Shown here piece by piece: positions 26,231 to 38,669 of a stretch of 64,000 bases of DNA; positions within the stretch are counted from its first letter, which is position 1; every line of letters starts with the position of its first letter. Source of the stretch: Octopus vulgaris (lineage: Eukaryota); contig OX597830.1 of the NCBI GenBank assembly GCA_951406725.2, positions 27,280,001 to 27,344,000 on the forward strand. The letters are read 5' to 3'. The notes under the pieces are model-generated. The model saw nothing but the letters and a program-made list of their open reading frames with translations, was not told the origin of the DNA and did no database searches. The position numbers and the translations under genes were made by a program.

Positions 26231-26458
26231 AAAATATATGTGTGTGTATATGTGCGCGCGTGTGTGTGTATACCTATTTATGGGTATATGCATATACAGA
26301 AATACATACACACATATGCATACATGACTACATGCAGACTCATATGCACGTTCATACAACCATATATTTGAATACGTATACATATAAATACATTTACATG
26401 TTTACAGACACCCATATATGTATAAGTGTGTGTGTTTAAATATACATATGCGTGTGAG

Positions 26459-26505
<47 letters not shown>

Positions 26506-26641
26506 ATATGTATGTATGTTTGATAATTATTGTATAGATTCAGAAAGTTCATAGTAAATGGGAATATCATTTTCAATAAGATGGAACAAAGACAAAATTG
26601 TAAAGAGGGATTTACATAATTTATAGTTTCTTTTTCTTGAA

Positions 26642-26643
<2 letters not shown>

Positions 26644-26716
<73 letters not shown>

Positions 26717-26742
26717 CTATCTATCCATCTGTACATCTGTCC

Positions 26743-26826
<84 letters not shown>

Positions 26827-26862
26827 GTCCATCTGTCCATCTGTCCATCTGTCCATCTGTCC

Positions 26863-26938
<76 letters not shown>

Positions 26939-26966
26939 GTCCATCTGTCCATCTGTCCATCTGTCC

Positions 26967-27037
<71 letters not shown>

Positions 27038-27040
27038 CGT
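26644..27040. repeat. (TCTA)n/(TCCA/TCTG) compound array
   Basis: Read directly from the sequence. Confidence 0.95.
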
Positions 27041-27833
27041 CTATCCGTCCAATGCTCTATATTTATCTATTAATTATTTTCTGGAAATAGTTTGAGCCCG
27101 TGTGGTTATGTGTTCGTGTATGTGTATGGGAGTGTACTATGTACATATGCATGCATCCTCTCTGTCTTTATCTCTCTGTCTGTCTGTCTGTCTCTCTCTG
27201 TATCTCTCTCTATCTCTCTCTCTATCAACCCATTTTGCTGCTTGTGTCGCCCGGTCGCTATATACATATTTACTCATCTCTGCATCCATTCATCCTTTTA
27301 GTTAGTTTGCCAAGCTTAGCCATCTAACTAGATTGATCGTTATTCCTACGTCTATCTACTTACTATTAGTAAGATAACTTTAAAAGATAACCAGCGCTAT
27401 ATCCCACCTTCCTCCTAACACTCCTCTCTCTCTCTCTCTCATCCCCTCTCTCTCTCTTTTTGTCTCTCTCTCTCTCTCTCTCTTTCTGTCATTACGTTTG
27501 CTGCTCCTATACAATCCGTATTTACCCATAAATTTCTGAGTGTCCAGAGAAAGTCTAAACGAGAAATAAACGGATTTTAGTGTGAAATGGCAATCAAATG
27601 TTCTTTCATTTTTTTCACCGATAGCCGAGACCGAAATACAGCGTTTGACAGAATCTCATTCATCATGCTGGCATTACAAATTAGCTGATGCCATCACCAC
27701 ATGTTTTACTCTCCATGTGAGAGAGTATTTTTTTTTTCTTTTTGCTTTGATTACTTGCTTGTTCTTATTTCGTTTTTAAATACCAGCAAGCATCTCATCT
27801 ACATTTGGTAGTATTTACACTTGTATGTATATT

Positions 27834-28064
27834 TATTTCTTTACTACCCACAAGGGGCTAAACAGAGAGAGGACAAACAAGGACAGAGAAACGGATTAAG
27901 TCGATTACATCGACCCCAGTGCGTAACTGGTACTTAATTTATCGACCCCGAAAGGATGAAAAGCAAAGTCGACTTCGGCGGAATTTGAACTCAGAACGTA
28001 ACGGCAGACGAAATACGCCTACGCATTTCACCCGGCGTGCTAACGATTCTGCCAGCTCGCCGCC
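27834..28064 (-). mobile_element. Full-length SINE C with 10-bp TSD
   Basis: tatgtatatt at 27824-27833 and 28065-28074. Confidence 0.9.
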
Positions 28065-28114
28065 TATGTATATTGTATGTATATTGTATGTACTTGTATG
28101 TATATTGTATACAG

Positions 28115-28278
28115 CAGACATGGGTAACCTGCTTTTTTTTTTTTTCGAGCAGTGGGCCGCATTAGACAATGCATATCATCAGTCGGGCCGCAGTGCTAAA
28201 AGAAAATTCAAATAATTTTTTTTTTCGTTAGGCGTGCCATTCAGAAAGTCCCGCGGGCTGCAGTTTGCTCATTAACTG
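28115..28278. mobile_element. hAT (Charlie-like) MITE
   Basis: cagacatgggtaacctgc ... gcagtttgctcattaactg imperfect TIRs; internal sequence shared with 12475-12599. Confidence 0.6.
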
Positions 28279-28671
28279 GCACACTGGATATGATTCTATT
28301 TTCGTATTTTCTTTTTTTTTTTTCCGCTTTAGGTACTAACCCAGTAATGTTTTTAGTGGAGTTGGTTAGTCGAATAATTGAAGTCCAGTACTTTAACTGG
28401 TAATTTATTTCATCAACTAAAATAAAGTTGAAACCGGTGGTATTTGAAATGAAAATGAAAAAGATCGGAAGAAATGCCGCCAAACATTTTGACACCGGTT
28501 ATGATTCAACTACAAACTAACAAGAGAATCCTCTGCATACCATCCCCACATATATAAGGGATATGATCTACTATGAACGAGGGAAGTCACATATTTACCC
28601 TCTATATGAAAGATATTTTTGCTTTTGGCTTGCTTGTTTGTTTTTATTTAGTATTTAGATATCCTAATAAA

Positions 28672-28990
28672 GTGAAGGCACATGGCTCAGTGGTTAGCGC
28701 GTCGGACTCACAATCATGAGGCAGTAAGTTCAACTCCTAGACCGGGCTATGTGTTGTGTTTTTGAGCAAGACACTTTATTTCACGTTGCTCTAGTTCAAT
28801 CAGCTATAGAAATGAGTTGTGTGTCAAGCTGTATCGACCTTTGCTTTTCCCTTTGATAACATCGATGGAGAAAAGAGGCTGGTATGCATGGGTAACTACT
28901 GGTCTTCCACAAACAACCTTGCCCGGACTTGTGCCTCAGAGGAGAACTTTCTAGGTGCAACCCCATGGTCATTTATGACCGAAAGGGGTC
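28672..28990 (+). mobile_element. SINE D, full length
   Basis: gtgaaggcacatggctcagtggttag...ttgagcaagacac...ggtcatttatgaccgaaaggggtc. Confidence 0.85.
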
Positions 28991-29099
28991 GTATCTCAGT
29001 AATCATCTACGTTCGATTAATACTACGCCATTTCTGTGTGAATTGTTGTGTTATATGTTAATGTGTATATGTGTACTGTATATCATCCTTTCTTTCTTT

Positions 29100-29283
29100 G
29101 GCGCAATGCCCGAAATTTGGGACAAGGGGAATAATCGATTACAAGACTCCAGTGCTCAACTGGTGTATATTTTACTGATCTTGAAAGGATAGACAGCAAA
29201 GATGACCTCGATGGAATTTCAACTCTGAATGTAAAGGCAGTCGAAATGTCGTTAAGCTAACAGATCTGCCAGCTTGCCACCTT
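29100..29283 (-). mobile_element. SINE C/C2, diverged
   Basis: Ends in ctgccagcttgccacc. Confidence 0.65.
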
Positions 29284-29644
29284 ATATACTGCTTATAATC
29301 AATCACGAACTAACAAGGAAAACCTCTCCATGTCATCGCCACATGTTTCATTTCTAATGTGTACGATATTTGTATTCAGTTTTGAAATATCACTAATCAC
29401 TTATATTCGATTAATATTTCTGCTTTTACGCGGAAAGTGTTATTTTCATTCCTGTATGCACATTGTATATCCAGATATGATTAACCTTGAGCTACCTAAA
29501 GCAGCTTCTACGTGGTCACACAATTTGTTAGAAATAACATAGCGGTCAAATCTCTTTCTACTTACAACCCATTTTCTTAGCGAAAAAGGAAGGATACTGG
29601 TTTTAAACTTTTCCACAAGATTATCATCTTCGGAGGAAGTGTTT

Positions 29645-29813
29645 CATCGATTACATCGATCCCAGTACTCAAGTGGCACTTATTTTATCGACCCCCCCCA
29701 AAAGGATAAACTGTAAAGTCGATCTTGGCGGAATTTGAACTCAGAACATAAAGACGCACAAAATGCTACTAAGTATTTTCCCCAGCGTGCTAACGATTCT
29801 GCCAGCTCGCCAC
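29645..29813 (-). mobile_element. SINE C/C2
   Basis: tcgattacatcga...gctaacgattctgccagctcgccacc. Confidence 0.75.
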
Positions 29814-30687
29814 CATCAGTGTATTAAGGAGTCGTTCGAGCATTGAATGCTTTGCGCTATTCGTTCTGATTCTCTGCGTTCTTAGTTCGAATCCCAAGAA
29901 GGTCAACTTCACATGTGTTCCCTTGGGGGCTGATAAAAATAGGACTGGTCTTGTACTGAAGTTGATCCTTTTTACTTTCTCAAAGAAATTGGCTGCGTGA
30001 AGACCTAGAGATGGAATAGTACAGCAGGTTTTGGTACCCAAGATTGGTCGTATGTCAGGAGAGCACCCCTACGACTCTAAGACTTGAGATCACAAAGCAG
30101 ATCCTGGATTCATGTTCCCGGGGCCGAACGCTTTGCAATATTCGTTCCTACTGTCTGCACTCTGTGTTCAAATCCCACCGAATTCAACTCTGTCTCTCAT
30201 CCTTTCGAGATCAATAAAATAAAATACTCGTACAATGGAGTGAAATGGTGGAACTGCAAAGATATCGGACCGGATAACTTGTGGTATCTGTTCTTGCTCG
30301 GTATGTTCTGAGTTCAAATCCTGAAATTACCTTTAGTTGGGTGGTAAACTGAATTTTCTCCAGTTCAAGTAGTCCATCTCGGTCAAAAGGTCCCTGAATA
30401 AGGGTTGTTTAAGGGCGATGAACGAAACAATCATGTTTCCAAGGGGGAATTATTCAAACCCCAAACAAACCCTCTCAACACATGTTTATGATGCTCCCCC
30501 TTACCTCTCGTGTACAAAGATGCACATATCGTCAGCCACTAAGGGACATCCTCAACTGATTAAGGTCAAACAACTGACAAGCAAAACTGTGGTATTGAGC
30601 GGAATATTTGCTGTAGCCCATGTTTTATACCAGAACAAAACCGATGCTTGACATTTCCAATCAGTTAAGATCATGAATCACTAGAAT

Positions 30688-31414
30688 ATTCTTTTCTACT
30701 CTAGGCACAAGGCCCGAAATTTTTGTAGAGGGCGCCAGTCGATTATATCGACTCCAGTGCGCAACTGGTACTCAATTTATCGACCCAAAAAGAATGAAAG
30801 GCAAAGTCGACCTCGGTGAAATTTGAACTCAGAACGTAAACACTGACGAAATACCTATTTCTTTACTACTCACAAGGGGCTAAGCACAGAGGGGAGCAAC
30901 AAGAACAGACAAACGGATTAAGTCGATTACATCGACCCTAGTGCGTAACTGGTACTTATTTAATCGATCCCGAAAGGATGAAAGGCAAAGTCGACCTCGT
31001 CGGAATTTAAACTCAGAACGTAGCGGCAGACGAAATACCTATTTCTTTATTACCCACAAGGGGCTGAACATAGAGGGGACAAACATGGACAGACATAGGT
31101 ATTAAGTCGATTATATCGACCCCAGTGCTTAACTGGTACTTAATTTATCGACCCCGAAAGGATGAAAGGCAAAGTCGACCTCGGCGGAATTTGAACTCAC
31201 AACGTAACGGCAGACGAAATATCGCTAAGCATTTCGCCCGGCGTGCAAATGTTTCTTATTTCTTTATTGCCCACAAGGGGCCAAACATAGAGGAGACAAA
31301 CAAGGACAGACAAAGGAATTAAGTCGATTACATCGACCCCAGTGCGTAACTGGTACTTAATTTATCGACCCCGAAAGGATGAAAGGCAAAGTCGACCTCG
31401 GCGGAATTTGAACT
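30688..31414 (-). mobile_element. Head-to-tail array of four truncated SINE C units
   Basis: Units start at about 30688, 30855, 31039 and 31257; two junctions are identical (gacgaaatac|ctatttcttta). Confidence 0.9.
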
Positions 31415-31630
31415 ATGTCGCATGGATTCCACCTTAGAATTACGTTAAAGGAATACTTGTCTGCGGGATACTCAGCAACTTACATGTAAATTTAATGAGC
31501 AGATAGTTAAGTTGATCGAACACTCGAATACGCGTCGTCGTAACCGACGGAGGTCCGTTAATAGGGGGTAACGATGATTCATTCAAATGTACCCATTCTT
31601 GACAAATGTGTGTGTATCTGTATGTCTTTC

Positions 31631-31661
<31 letters not shown>

Positions 31662-31902
31662 GACCCTGTCTGTCTCACTTTCCTTCCCCCCTCTCTCTCT
31701 TCCTTTTCTTCTCTCACCGTTTCTTCTATGTGCATGTGTGTCTTTGTACTGCCGTAACCGAGAAACTTGATAAAAAGAAACGAAAAGGTTACCATCTAAT
31801 TGAATTAGCACCATTAGAAAGTACAGGCAACCCCACCACCGCCTCCTTACTTAATAAACCAATATGATAAATGTGTGTTTTCAACACTCTAAGCTAACTG
31901 TC

Positions 31903-31948
<46 letters not shown>

Positions 31949-31995
31949 ATGTATATATGTATATATGTATGTATATATATGTTTATATATATATA

Positions 31996-32026
<31 letters not shown>

Positions 32027-32506
32027 ATATATGGACGTACCCGTTACCACCCACACTAAACAGTAAGGGTCATTGAATATTAAAAGTCCCGACCAATTAC
32101 ACCTCCACCACTAACACCCTACACTTCCCCTCAAATTCTCCCCCACCTCCTCTCAACAACATAAAATCAACCAACCAACCAACCAACCAACCAACCAACC
32201 AAACAAACGAACAAAGACGGCGTTGATGCCAAGACGCATTTTGGTCCACACCTCCAGAGTATATAGAAACCGCAATAACCACAATAACAACAAAAATAGA
32301 AAGAACTTGCTGACGTGCGCAGAATTTGTAGCTTCCGCTAAGCATTTTGCCGTTGACGCAAATGTTATTTGCTCGTTTGTTAAAAGCTAGTTGTACTTTA
32401 CTTCATGGTGGGTCTTAGGTGAGGGTCAGTGGACCGGACGGATCATGATTCCCCTTTCAGATTATAGAAACATGTATGTTGGAAGGAAGTCTTTTTGGAG
32501 AGGGAG

Positions 32507-32580
<74 letters not shown>

Positions 32581-32748
32581 ATGGAACAAAAAGATTATTT
32601 AAAAGCACGCGTACTCATAGAGGACACACACGTACATTAACATACACTTAGAAACAAACACACACACATAAACATGTGTATAGACATACACATACAGACA
32701 GATATGTACGTGTACACACATACACACACGTATGTGCGTGTATGTATG

Positions 32749-32800
<52 letters not shown>

Positions 32801-32862
32801 TATGTATATGTACTGTGGACAGTTATTTCCCTTTGTTTAACGGTCATTGTCATAGATGGCCC

Positions 32863-32923
32863 GATAACTGAAGAGATGGCGGCGTGGGGTTCCGCACCGA
32901 CATCCGAAACTCGGAGTTTTATC
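32863..32923 (+). ncRNA. Hammerhead ribozyme motif in a (TA)n-flanked element (about 32812-33028)
   Basis: gataa-CTGAAGA-gatggcggcgtgg(ggtt)ccgcaccgacatc-c-GAAA-ctc(g)gag-TT-ttatc. Confidence 0.75.
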
Positions 32924-33025
32924 ATGCCTACCAAATAATTGTCACATATTATATTTACGGATAAATTTCTCTATTTACATAATATCGAGGTCTCTTTTAT
33001 TCATTTGTTGTCTTACCATTTCTAT

Positions 33026-33067
<42 letters not shown>

Positions 33068-33502
33068 ATTAATCAAAAGAATTCTACAAAATTTTTTTTG
33101 CCAACCTATATTGATTAATTATGAATTTTCTGGTTAATTCCGTAATGGAATCGGCGGCTTATATTTATTTGCTGCCGATAAATTTGGCGCGAGTGCGACG
33201 ATTTGAAAATTTTAGGTCAGATATTGACGAGGTAGCAACGAGAATGCCTCGTGAAAAATATCTGTTCCGGCTTGGCTATTTCTTACTGATGAATCTAAGG
33301 GCCTATGGTAGATTGGCTTGATTTAATTTAATCAGGTTAGTTTTCCATTAAACAGAAGATGAAACGGTGCATCGTCTAAGAAATTACAGGGTAAATGTTT
33401 TTCAATTTTCTCCTGGTTTACGGAATTGACGTTATTTTGCGGTTAAAGCTTTTGGCTGTTATTTCTAGTGGGTGAATGGCCTATTATGGCCGTTCCTTGA
33501 TT

Positions 33503-33551
<49 letters not shown>

Positions 33552-33726
33552 CTACTTGCACTTTGGGCATATGTCTATTAGTATGTCGATCAAAGCACAT
33601 TCACCGTTTGGGTTACCTGGTGTCATCCTCAGTACTGATATAATTTTCACTGGATCTTGGATTTACGCCAGGGAATCCACGATGTTTGTTGAGTTTATAG
33701 TTGATAAAGGAAACGGAAAATGGATT

Positions 33727-33877
33727 TAGTACGAATCTCTACTCAGCATGACGAGCGTTTCGACCCATCCTGCATCTGTCCCATAGGGGAAACGCCAGGA
33801 TGCGCAATATGCTACCGTTATTGGACAAATGCAGGATGGGTCGAAACGATCGCCGTGCTGAATAAAAGTTCGTACTA
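33727..33877. repeat. Imperfect fold-back (55-bp arms) containing the HHR 3' half GAAA-cgatcg
   Basis: Arms 33727-33781 and 33823-33877. Confidence 0.8.
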
Positions 33878-33893
33878 TATCCATCTTCCGTTT

Positions 33894-33978
<85 letters not shown>

Positions 33979-33982
33979 CATA

Positions 33983-34477
<495 letters not shown>

Positions 34478-34624
34478 TGACTATTCCACACCTGTGACTA
34501 TTCCACACTCGCGCCTATATATATATATATATATATATATATGTAAATACCTCACAGGGCATATGATATTAATTCGTGTGTAAAACCTAGTATCATTCAA
34601 TGAAAGTGTTGTATGGTTGGTTTA

Positions 34625-34812
34625 AAATTTTGGGCGCAAGGCCAGCATGTTTGGAGGTGGGGATAGGTCGATTATATCAACGCGAGTGTTCAACTGGCAC
34701 TTATTTTATCGACTCTGATACGATGAAAAGCAAAACCGACCTTGGCGAATTTTGAACTCAGAATGTAAAGTTGCACGAAATGACGCTAAACATTTTGCTT
34801 AGCTCGCCGCCT
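34625..34812 (-). mobile_element. SINE C2, diverged
   Basis: gtcgattatatc...tttgaactcagaatgtaa...agctcgccgcc. Confidence 0.7.
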
Positions 34813-35571
34813 TTAAGTGTTGCATAATTAAGAATTAATTAGAGCTATGATAATTGTCTATGTGAAAGAAATAAGACACGAAGAAAGAATCTTAAGCACG
34901 CACTCATACACAACACACATACACAAGCATAACCTCGAGCTGCGAGCCGAAAATTCATTTACAGTTAGTTATGTATATGTACATACACACAAAGGCAAAT
35001 ATATAAATCTATGTTTTTACTAAGAAAGATGATCAGTAGGAGGTCTGCAGCGATGAAGCCTTCACTCTCATGCAAATGTTTCGGTCCTTAACTCCTTAAA
35101 TACTAAGGGGTCGCACTTCTGGACATCTCACTGATGTCATATTCTATGCTGTTGTCAGCGTTCCAGTCGGAAGCTTCCTGGGTGATGTAGGTGTCTCAGA
35201 GCCAAGGTACCGTGTATGTCGTAAACACTTGAATCCGAGATACAAGTTGAGCCTTTATACACCCTCGGTTCAATCCAGTGGGATCATTTCTCAGCTGCTT
35301 CAATCATTTCCTAACAGCTCTGGTCCTCTTTTCTCTGTATATATATATATATATATCCCATGTATGTCGGCACCACCCAAACTTAACATGTTCTGTCCAA
35401 ATGGTGTAGAAGAGGATTCTTGAAGGCGCGTCTAGACAGCGATTCTAATACGATGTTTGATATAGAAATAAATCTGATTTACACAATTGATATCACGTAC
35501 ATGCTAAAACAAATTTCATATTTGTGGCGAAAAATCGTTGTCTTATACCTTATGCTGGTTCTCTCTCTCCC

Positions 35572-35661
<90 letters not shown>

Positions 35662-35916
35662 GTATGTATATATATATATCATATTATATTATATATTATG
35701 TAATATATATATGTATATATATATATGTATATATATATATATTATATTATATTATATATTATGTAATATATATATAGAAATATATATATCTCCATAAACA
35801 CTTAAATCTCCTCATTTATTTAGCTGTATGTGTCTCTCTTTCTCTTTCTACATATGTATATGTGTGTACATATAAACGCATATACATACGTACATACATA
35901 TACACATACATACATG

Positions 35917-35963
<47 letters not shown>

Positions 35964-36466
35964 GTATATATATGTATATATACATACAGACAGACAGACA
36001 CACATACACATATACACATATATAAGTAACTGTATCTATCTATATGTCTATGTATCTATCCATAGATCTCGTCTATTCACACCGTACGTCCTTATCTATT
36101 TACCTATTGCCTTCTGTTCGTAGCATTAATACAAACCTTAACAAAATATTTACTTGTAATTATTATTCTCCATTACTGTTGGTCATAAGCTTACGTGATA
36201 CAAATGTCGAGAAGTTTTTCTTCATTGCATTTATGGCGTCAATGTCGAAACGCCCGGATGTTACCAATAACTAACCCGGAAGTTTGGACGCTGTTTTATT
36301 ATAGCCAGGCAAAATTGGATATTACATTGAAATGTTAGCAGCTCTTTAGTGTGCTTTTAACGTAGTGTTTTCTTCTTTCTTACTAGGCTACAAACTAAAC
36401 ACACAAACACACACAGAAAGGGAGAGAGAGTGAAAGAGAAAGAGAGAGAGAGAGAGAGACAGAAGA

Positions 36467-36499
<33 letters not shown>

Positions 36500-36799
36500 C
36501 AGGGAAAATGTGATTATATAAATGGACCACGATGATTTTTCATGAAGCATATTCATTGCGACTCGGCTTGAATTCAATCTATACCCAGAGTAGAGGGTGA
36601 AGGCCAGCAAGGAAGAATAGTGGTAAGTGGCATTGAAACGTTTCACAGTTTTACGCTTTTCCGGATGCTCAGAGTAGCGAGCAATAAGACTGCATGATGC
36701 CCATTCATAAGGAGAGAGACCAGGCCATTATGACGTCAGAATTTGAATACGGTGACGTAGCCGAAGGGGCGATAGCTGCAGGACGTCTTCTATCTTATG

Positions 36800-36998
36800 T
36801 TTTTACTCGTTTCAGTCATTAGACTGTGGCCATGCTGGGGTTTTAACCGAAACATTCGACCTACCTCGAATACTTATGTCGAAACATTCGACCTACCTCG
36901 AATACTTAAGGACTGGTACTAATTCTATTGTTCTCTTTCACGGAACCACTAAGTTAAAGAGGACGTAAACTGACTGACACCGGTTGTCAAGCGGTGTA
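36800..36998 (-). mobile_element. SINE A, 3' part, with a 28-bp internal tandem duplication
   Basis: gaaacattcgacctacctcgaatactta at 36850-36877 and 36881-36908. Confidence 0.7.
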
Positions 36999-37377
36999 TG
37001 CACGAGATGAACATACACAAAGGTACACAAAACAAACACACACACCAGCGCTCACGCGCGCACACACTCACACTCATATATGTGTGTATATAAATATATA
37101 CATATATAAATATATACATATATAAATATTCATATATATATATGTATATATATATATTCATATATATTATTGAAATGGATAAATGAATTATCTTGTTACG
37201 GATTATTCAAAATTTAACCGATACCTGGGTAGCAAAAATCACAACAGAAAAAGCACGGTTGAGGTTACGACCATGGGGTGTCGCAACCGTGCCTTAGCGC
37301 GGATAATTGAAGTTTTATATATTTAGTGAAGGGAAGAAATGGAGCTGAACGAAGATTCTACAAAATTCCTTTTTATT

Positions 37378-37463
37378 ATTTTCTACACATGTTTCAAAGG
37401 CTGCAAATTTCCAAATTCGGATTGAATAAGGAGACCATTTTGCAGCTTTCTCTTCAGGAAAAT
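37378..37463 (-). ncRNA. Hammerhead ribozyme of the PLE
   Basis: Minus strand: attttc-CTGAAGA-gaaagctgcaaa...tttgcagccttt-GAAA-catgtg-TA-gaaaat; canonical core, GUA cleavage triplet. Confidence 0.85.
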
Positions 37464-38080
37464 CCAGGAATTTAAATCTCCAAACAAATGCGCAGCAAGC
37501 TATTCGAACAAAACGCTCCCTAGGAGCCCATGGTATGGCACAAACTGTCTCACAATGTGCGTTGACGTCAGGGTGGGTGAAGGCCGACGAAAAAGTCCGT
37601 TGGAATAAATCGAGGTCAAACTGCGGTTAAATTTGGTAGGGGAAGAATTACAGAAAACCAAAGGGTGTGAATATATTCTGTATAACTAATGTTAATGTTC
37701 GAATTGTTTTAAGAATGAAAGCTATCTTATTTGGGTGTGAGAAACTACCTACATGTATGTGTGTGCGCGACTGTGTATGTGTGACAGTATGTTAGGAAGC
37801 AGCTAGAGGGAAAGTATATTGCAGATATTGCTGGTCAAGCGGCTGATAAAAGCCTGTGTCTGTGTGTTCGTCTGTGGCCAGTTTATATACAGATGACTTG
37901 TCAAACAAGGGGAGTATAATCCCTGATATTGTTTCTAAATAAGTAGCAGATCATACGCTAGAAGGGGAGTAATTTCCCCTTACAGATTTAATTCCAAATT
38001 TTTTTCCAAATTTTTTCCAAAATTTTTTTCTTAAATTTTTTTCTTTTCTTAGGACATCAAGGTGTTAATTATCTTAGGCT

Positions 38081-38605
38081 TCAATTGTATGCAAGAAATG
38101 TGTGCCGCCTCCAGTGGGGACATCTAAAAGAGTTTTGCAAAATCGCGTTAACTAGCTGCCCTCGGGCGAACAAAATGTGAAAAAGTTCAGAGTTGCAGAG
38201 ATTACAGATTCTTTCGCCTCTATCAAAAGGTACAGACACCGATAAAATCGACCATTCCAGTCTAAATGCTGAATTCGCGTTCTTCAAACGCCAGATTAAT
38301 TTACTTAGTCCGGTCGCATGTTGTTTTCTAAAATCGCGAAATGTTGTGAAGTGGTTCAATATTCTCACGGCCAATTTTGATGATGACGCTCCGATATACA
38401 AGTAGACATCTGATTCAGTATAAACTCTGCATTGGTAAATGGCATTTCTAATCTTGGAATTACTAGATAAGAACCTTATTCTATTGGGATTGGCTTCCGA
38501 TATTAATACGGCGTTCTTATTACTATGATGAATGTGAGAACTGCGGCTGTCTTCGACATTATACACCCCATTATCAATACTATTTAATGGAATATCACCT
38601 GTATA

Positions 38606-38606
<1 letters not shown>
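38081..38606 (-). pseudogene. Penelope-type GIY-YIG endonuclease domain, RT missing
   Basis: NAIYQC...YIGASS...RILNHFTTF...TGLSKLIWRLK...WSIL...CNLCNSE...RCPH. Confidence 0.85.

Positions 38607-38669
<63 letters not shown>

Larger units (their letters stand above)
37322..38606 (-). mobile_element. 5'-truncated Penelope-like retroelement (GIY-YIG endonuclease plus 3' region with HHR)
   Basis: GIY-YIG coding segment and a hammerhead on the same strand; flanked by TA-rich sequence. Confidence 0.85.

Noticed and set aside
27919-28215. Recurrent peptide MRNWYLIYRPRKDE... (also at 31125 and 52007)
   Set aside because: Antisense translation of SINE C copies, not a gene family.
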